Below, piece after piece: positions 27,986 to 32,000 of a DNA stretch of 32,000 nt (position 1 is the stretch's first letter; each line of letters opens with the position of its first letter). The position numbers and the translations under genes were made by a program. The notes beneath the pieces were generated by a model. That model was not told the origin of the DNA. It saw nothing but the letters and a program-made list of their open reading frames with translations, and searched no databases. The DNA is from Wigglesworthia glossinidia endosymbiont of Glossina morsitans morsitans (Yale colony) (lineage in GTDB: Bacteria > Pseudomonadota > Gammaproteobacteria > Enterobacterales > Enterobacteriaceae): contig NC_016893.1 in the NCBI RefSeq assembly GCF_000247565.1, positions 90,001 through 122,000 of the forward strand, given 5' to 3'.

Positions 27986-28156
27986 AACTAATTTTCATTA
28001 AAATTTTTATAAAAAATTTTTATTAAATAATTATTCAAAATTTATTTAAAAAATTAGTTAAATTTATTATTGATTTTGATATAAAATTAAAATAAAAAAA
28101 TTATAAATTAATGCACACATATTTTATGTTTAATTTATTATGATTCGCTATTCCAA

Positions 28157-28197
28157 GAGGGTATCTCTATATTTGATTATCAGTATAAGATACTCTC
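28157..28197. other. Imperfect hairpin in the htpX-yoaE spacer (function unknown)
   Basis: gagggtatct (28157-28166) pairs with agatactctc (28188-28197) over 10 bp if one G-U pair is allowed. The stem can extend by tata/tata after a 1-nt bulge. No adjacent U tract is present on either strand. It sits in the only GC-containing patch of a 400-bp spacer. Confidence 0.3.
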
Positions 28198-28385
28198 AAA
28201 ATAAAAATAAAAAAAATAATCGAATTTTTACTTAATCAATCCTTTTATTCACATTTACTTTCAATATCGTAATTAAATCTATTTAATTGAAATTAAAATA
28301 TTTATAACAATAAATATTTGATTATAAATTTTTTTAAAAAAATTATTACAGAATATTTAAAAATAACATTAATTGGAGTAATTAC

Positions 28386-29648
28386 ATGGAATTTTTAACA
28401 GATCCCTCATCTTGGGCCGGATTGTTAACTTTGATTATATTAGAGATAGTTTTAGGAATTGATAATTTAATATTCATTGCTATTTTATCTAATAAATTAC
28501 CTCCACAACATCGCGAACGTGCACGCTTAATAGGTTTAAGTATAGCGTTAATTATACGAATAGGATTGTTATCTTTAATTTCTTGGATAGTTACATTAAC
28601 TAAACCATTAATAACAATAATGAACATTATGTTTTCTGGATGTGATTTAATTTTAATATTTGGAGGATTATTTTTAATATTTAAATCCGTGACTGAATTA
28701 CATGAAAGACTTGAACATAAAGAAAATAAAATTCAAGAAAATCGCGGTTATACTAGTTTTTGGATTATGGTAGTACAAATTGTAGTATTAGATGCAATAT
28801 TTTCATTAGATGCAATCATGACTGCAGTAGGAATGGTAAATAATTTATATATCATGATTATTGCAGTCATATTCTCTGTAGTTATTATGTTAATTGCAGC
28901 ACCAACTTTAATTCAATTTATGAATAAACATAAGACCGTAGTAGTGTTGTGTTTAAGTTTTTTATTAATAGTAGGATTTAGCTTAATTTCTGAAGGATTT
29001 AAGTATCATATTCCTAAAGGATATATGTATACTGCAATTAGTTTTTCAATATTAATTGAATTTTTTAATCATATTTCACATCGTAATTTAATAAAAAATC
29101 AATCATTAAAGCCTATGAGAGAACGTGCTGCCGAAACAATAGTACGATTAATGGGGGGGTATATAGACGATCCAATAATAGATAAAAATCTCTCAGATAC
29201 TGAAAAATTGACGAATCTTGCATCTGATGAACGTAGTATGGTTGCTAATATGTTATCATTATTTACACGTTCATTATATAGTATAATGACATTACGAAAA
29301 GAAATTGTTTGGATTAATCTACAAGAACCAATTAAAAAAATTAAAGAACGTGTTTTTAATCAATCGCATAAAATGATTCCTGTATGCAATGAAACGTTAG
29401 ATCAAATTATTGGGATAATACATATCACGGAGTTAATTTCTATAGATAGCATAAAACAGTTGAAACGTGTATCTAAAAGTAATGTCATTGCTACAGTACA
29501 AATAACATGCAACATATTGCAATTAATTAAAAAATTACAACATCCCAGCGGGAAAATTGTTTTTGTTTTAGATAAATCAAATAAAATTCGCGGTTTAATA
29601 ACTCGTGTAGATATTTTAAAAGCTATTTTAAGTGAATTTTCCAGTTAA
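28386..29648 (+). CDS. yoaE: TerC-family integral membrane protein with a CBS pair (YoaE-like), lacking the C-terminal CorC/HlyC domain
   Basis: 420 aa (about 518 in E. coli YoaE as I recall it). MEFLTDPSSWAGLLTLIILEIVLGIDNLIFIAIL..KLPP is nearly identical to the E. coli YoaE N-terminus. Also conserved are TELHERLE, VVVLCLSFLL, and HIPKGY.Y. A CBS-pair region follows, and the protein ends at ...DILKAILSEFSS. A GGAG SD lies at 28374-28377. Confidence 0.85.
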   Translation: MEFLTDPSSWAGLLTLIILEIVLGIDNLIFIAILSNKLPPQHRERARLIGLSIALIIRIGLLSLISWIVTLTKPLITIMNIMFSGCDLILIFGGLFLIFKSVTELHERLEHKENKIQENRGYTSFWIMVVQIVVLDAIFSLDAIMTAVGMVNNLYIMIIAVIFSVVIMLIAAPTLIQFMNKHKTVVVLCLSFLLIVGFSLISEGFKYHIPKGYMYTAISFSILIEFFNHISHRNLIKNQSLKPMRERAAETIVRLMGGYIDDPIIDKNLSDTEKLTNLASDERSMVANMLSLFTRSLYSIMTLRKEIVWINLQEPIKKIKERVFNQSHKMIPVCNETLDQIIGIIHITELISIDSIKQLKRVSKSNVIATVQITCNILQLIKKLQHPSGKIVFVLDKSNKIRGLITRVDILKAILSEFSS

Positions 29649-29654
29649 ATAATA

Positions 29655-31034
29655 TTAAGATGTTTTTAAAAAATTTAATAATGGGGGTAACAATGATGAA
29701 GATTTTAAAATAACTTCTTGATATTCCTCATCTAAATTACTATCATATACAATTCCACTTCCAACAGAACAAAATAACTGTTTTTCTGATGCAATTAAAG
29801 TACGAATAACTATATTAGTATTCATAGAGTTACAGCAGCTAATATAACCAATACTACCACACCATGCATTTCTTCTATTAGGTTCTAATTTTTCAATAAT
29901 ATGCATTGCGCTAATTTTAGGAGCGCCCGTAATTGACCCACCTGGAAAACAAGACTGAAGCAAATCTAGTGGAGAATATGCACAACTTAATTGCCCTATA
30001 ACAGTACTTACCATATGATGTGCTATAGAAAAAGTTTTTATTTTAAATAAATCAATAACTGATACGGTTCCAATTTGCGCTACTTTTCCGATATCATTAC
30101 GTAATAAATCTACTATCATGAGATTTTCTGCTTGATTTTTTATTGAATTTGATAACTGAAGTATATTTTGTTGATTTTTTTGAATATTTTTAGATTTTGA
30201 AATTGTCCCTTTAATTGGACAACTGGTAATAAAATTATTTTTTAAATTTAAAAAACATTCTGGAGAAAAACTTAATATACTATGTTTTTTTAATTTAATA
30301 AATGCAGAAAATGGTGCGCAGTTATAATTTAACAAATAACAAAAAATTTTCCATTCATCTCCACGATAATATGCTTGATATCTTTTCCCTAAACATATTT
30401 GATAACAATTTCCATTTAAAATATGTTGCTTAATTTTATAAAAATTTTTTTTGTATGCTTTATAATTCATATTTGTATTCCAATTTGTATATAATTGAAA
30501 CATATTGGAAGTATTTTGTTTTTTAATTAACAATTTTTGAAAAATTTTAATAACATTTTTTTTATGCGTAATTAAAGTAGTACGACACAAAATATGGTCT
30601 ACAATTACTGCCCAATAATAGATACCTATTGCCATATCTGGTACAGATATATCTCTTCTAGAGATGTTAGGAATTAAAAATAAACGTTTAGACAAATCGT
30701 ATCCAAACAACCCTAGTGCTCCACCTTGAAAAGGTAAATTGCTATCGTATGAAGCATGCATTCCAGAATGTTGCAGATATTGTTTTACAAGAAAAAATGG
30801 ATTTTCGGTACTTATACTAAATTTATTGCAATCATATTGTTTAATATAAGTATATTTATTTTGGGTAATTAACGTGATATCAGGATAAGCTACTAAAATA
30901 TCAAAACGATTTATTTTTGTATGTTTTTCTCCAGAATACAAGAGCATAGACCATGGTCGATGAGAAATGTAAGAAAATAGCTCTAATGAAATTTTAGGAG
31001 AATATGATAATAAATATTTTTTTGGATATTTCAT
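29655..31034 (-). CDS. pabB: Aminodeoxychorismate synthase component I
   Basis: 459 aa (453 in E. coli). LPFQGGALGLFGYDL, PDMAIGIYYWA.IVDH, APFSAF, RPIKGT-like PIKGT, AENLMIVDLLRNDIG, FPGGSITGAPK, and RRNAWCGSIGY are all colinear with E. coli PabB. Confidence 0.92.
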   Translation of the reverse strand: MKYPKKYLLSYSPKISLELFSYISHRPWSMLLYSGEKHTKINRFDILVAYPDITLITQNKYTYIKQYDCNKFSISTENPFFLVKQYLQHSGMHASYDSNLPFQGGALGLFGYDLSKRLFLIPNISRRDISVPDMAIGIYYWAVIVDHILCRTTLITHKKNVIKIFQKLLIKKQNTSNMFQLYTNWNTNMNYKAYKKNFYKIKQHILNGNCYQICLGKRYQAYYRGDEWKIFCYLLNYNCAPFSAFIKLKKHSILSFSPECFLNLKNNFITSCPIKGTISKSKNIQKNQQNILQLSNSIKNQAENLMIVDLLRNDIGKVAQIGTVSVIDLFKIKTFSIAHHMVSTVIGQLSCAYSPLDLLQSCFPGGSITGAPKISAMHIIEKLEPNRRNAWCGSIGYISCCNSMNTNIVIRTLIASEKQLFCSVGSGIVYDSNLDEEYQEVILKSSSLLPPLLNFLKTS

Positions 31035-31336
31035 AATATATTAATATATAATATTAAAAATAATTACATAGTATATCATATTGATGATATATTTAAATTA
31101 ATAAATAAAAAAACGTTATTATATTAATTTTTAAATAAATAAATACAACTTTATATCTTCCATATACTTATTGCATTTAAATTAATGTAAAAATTATTAA
31201 ATTGTTATAAATTTATCATTTATTTTAAAACAACTTCATTAATATAAAAATTTATTATTTTATATAATCAAAAATTAGGTATATTAATTTATTTAGATTA
31301 AAAAAAATTTTAAATGTAATCTAATTCGGAGAATAT

Positions 31337-32000
31337 ATGAAAATTTTTTGGAAATTTATTTTTGATCCCTTCATATGGTTATGGAATATATTAAATTTTA
31401 CTCGAAAGTTAATTTTAAATATATTATTAATATGCATATTTACTGTATGTATTATATTTTATTTTCAAATATATCTTACTCCTCCTGATTCTAAACAAGG
31501 AGCTTTAGTACTTGATTTAGTTGGCACAATTGTAGATAAACCAACAGTGCATAATCGATTTAAACAAATTAGTCGTGAAATATTAGGCGCGCCTAATGCA
31601 CGACTATATGAAAATTCTTTATTTGATATAATATATGCTATTCGTCAAGCTAAAAATGATAAAAATATTACCGGATTAGTATTGTCTTTAAAAGATTTTA
31701 CAGGTTCAGATCAAACATCTTTAGAATATATTGGAAAAGTTTTAATTGAATTTAAAAGTTCTGGAAAACCAATATATTCAATTAGTGACAATTATACTCA
31801 AGTACAGTACTTTTTGGCTAGTTATGCAAATAAAATTTATCTTACTCCTCAAGGTACAGTAGATTTGCATGGATTAGCAACAAACAATTTTTACTATAAA
31901 ACATTTTTAAAAAATTTAAAAATTAATACATATGTTTTTAGAGTGGGTACATATAAATCTGCAGTGGAACCAGTAATTAGAGATAGTATGTCAGATGCTG
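31337..32000 (+). CDS. sppA: Signal peptide peptidase A (protease IV), N-terminal part (3' end lies outside the window)
   Basis: The ATG is at 31337, with GGAG at 31328-31331, and the frame is open to the window end. The product MKIFWKFIF...WNILNFTRKLILN...GALVLDLVGTIVDKP...ENSLFDIIYAIRQAKNDKNITGLVL...SGKPIYSISDNY...YFLASYANKIYLTPQG.VDLHG...YVFRVGTYKSAVEP is colinear with E. coli SppA. It is absent from the ORF track because no stop lies in the window. Confidence 0.9.
   Translation, partial: MKIFWKFIFDPFIWLWNILNFTRKLILNILLICIFTVCIIFYFQIYLTPPDSKQGALVLDLVGTIVDKPTVHNRFKQISREILGAPNARLYENSLFDIIYAIRQAKNDKNITGLVLSLKDFTGSDQTSLEYIGKVLIEFKSSGKPIYSISDNYTQVQYFLASYANKIYLTPQGTVDLHGLATNNFYYKTFLKNLKINTYVFRVGTYKSAVEPVIRDSMSDA

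Noticed and set aside
28141-28200. Idea that the hairpin upstream of the TerC-family gene is a yybP-ykoY (Mn) riboswitch
   Set aside because: TerC-family genes are often riboswitch-controlled. However, I cannot find the conserved GGAGAGUAG-type and partner loop motifs or a four-helix layout here, so it is kept only as an unexplained hairpin.
28382-28627. 81-aa antisense ORF at the 5' end of the yoaE-like gene
   Set aside because: It is antisense to the most conserved part of the TerC domain, so it is spurious.
1-32000. Search for CRISPR arrays, IS elements or transposase fragments, prophage genes, tRNA/rRNA genes, and toxin-antitoxin or defense cassettes
   Set aside because: No repeat-spacer periodicity is present. 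No GC-rich cloverleaf-like islands with a GGTTCGAATCC-type T-loop occur outside the CDSs. No unassigned ORF longer than about 60 aa lies outside the annotated genes. Every long ORF has a clear housekeeping ortholog.

Overview
This window reads as an extremely AT-rich, highly reduced gammaproteobacterial (Enterobacterales-derived) insect-endosymbiont genome of the Wigglesworthia/Buchnera/Blochmannia type. The exact taxon cannot be set without a database search. It is densely packed with about 29 housekeeping genes, all with clear E. coli orthologs: infC(partial)-rpmI-rplT-pheS-pheT, pyrC, rne, rluC, rpmF, fabD-fabG-acpP, pabC-mltG-tmk-holB-ycfH-hinT, ndh, mfd, lolCDE, purB, mnmA, htpX, a yoaE-like TerC/CBS gene, pabB and sppA(partial). 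Most of the window is colinear with the E. coli rne-to-mnmA region, with many genes cleanly deleted. I found no tRNA, rRNA, CRISPR, IS or phage sequence, and no defense or toxin cassette. I do not see a novel multi-gene system here. The notable signals are small-scale. (1) mltG is interrupted exactly at a T10 tract that also forms a U UUU UUA -1 slippery heptamer, with homology continuing across the shift. (2) pyrC has an analogous A13 tract between an out-of-frame upstream ATG and the coding frame. (3) Several proteins have lost domains: Mfd lacks the UvrA-recruiting N-terminal part, YoaE lacks its C-terminal domain, and the RNase E scaffold is replaced by N/K-rich sequence. (4) Tmk carries a 23-aa insertion in its LID region. 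(5) The fab cluster has lost plsX, fabH and fabF from their ancestral positions. (6) A few GC-containing hairpins stand out in otherwise near-pure AT spacers. All homology statements come from by-eye comparison with remembered E. coli sequences, not from searches.
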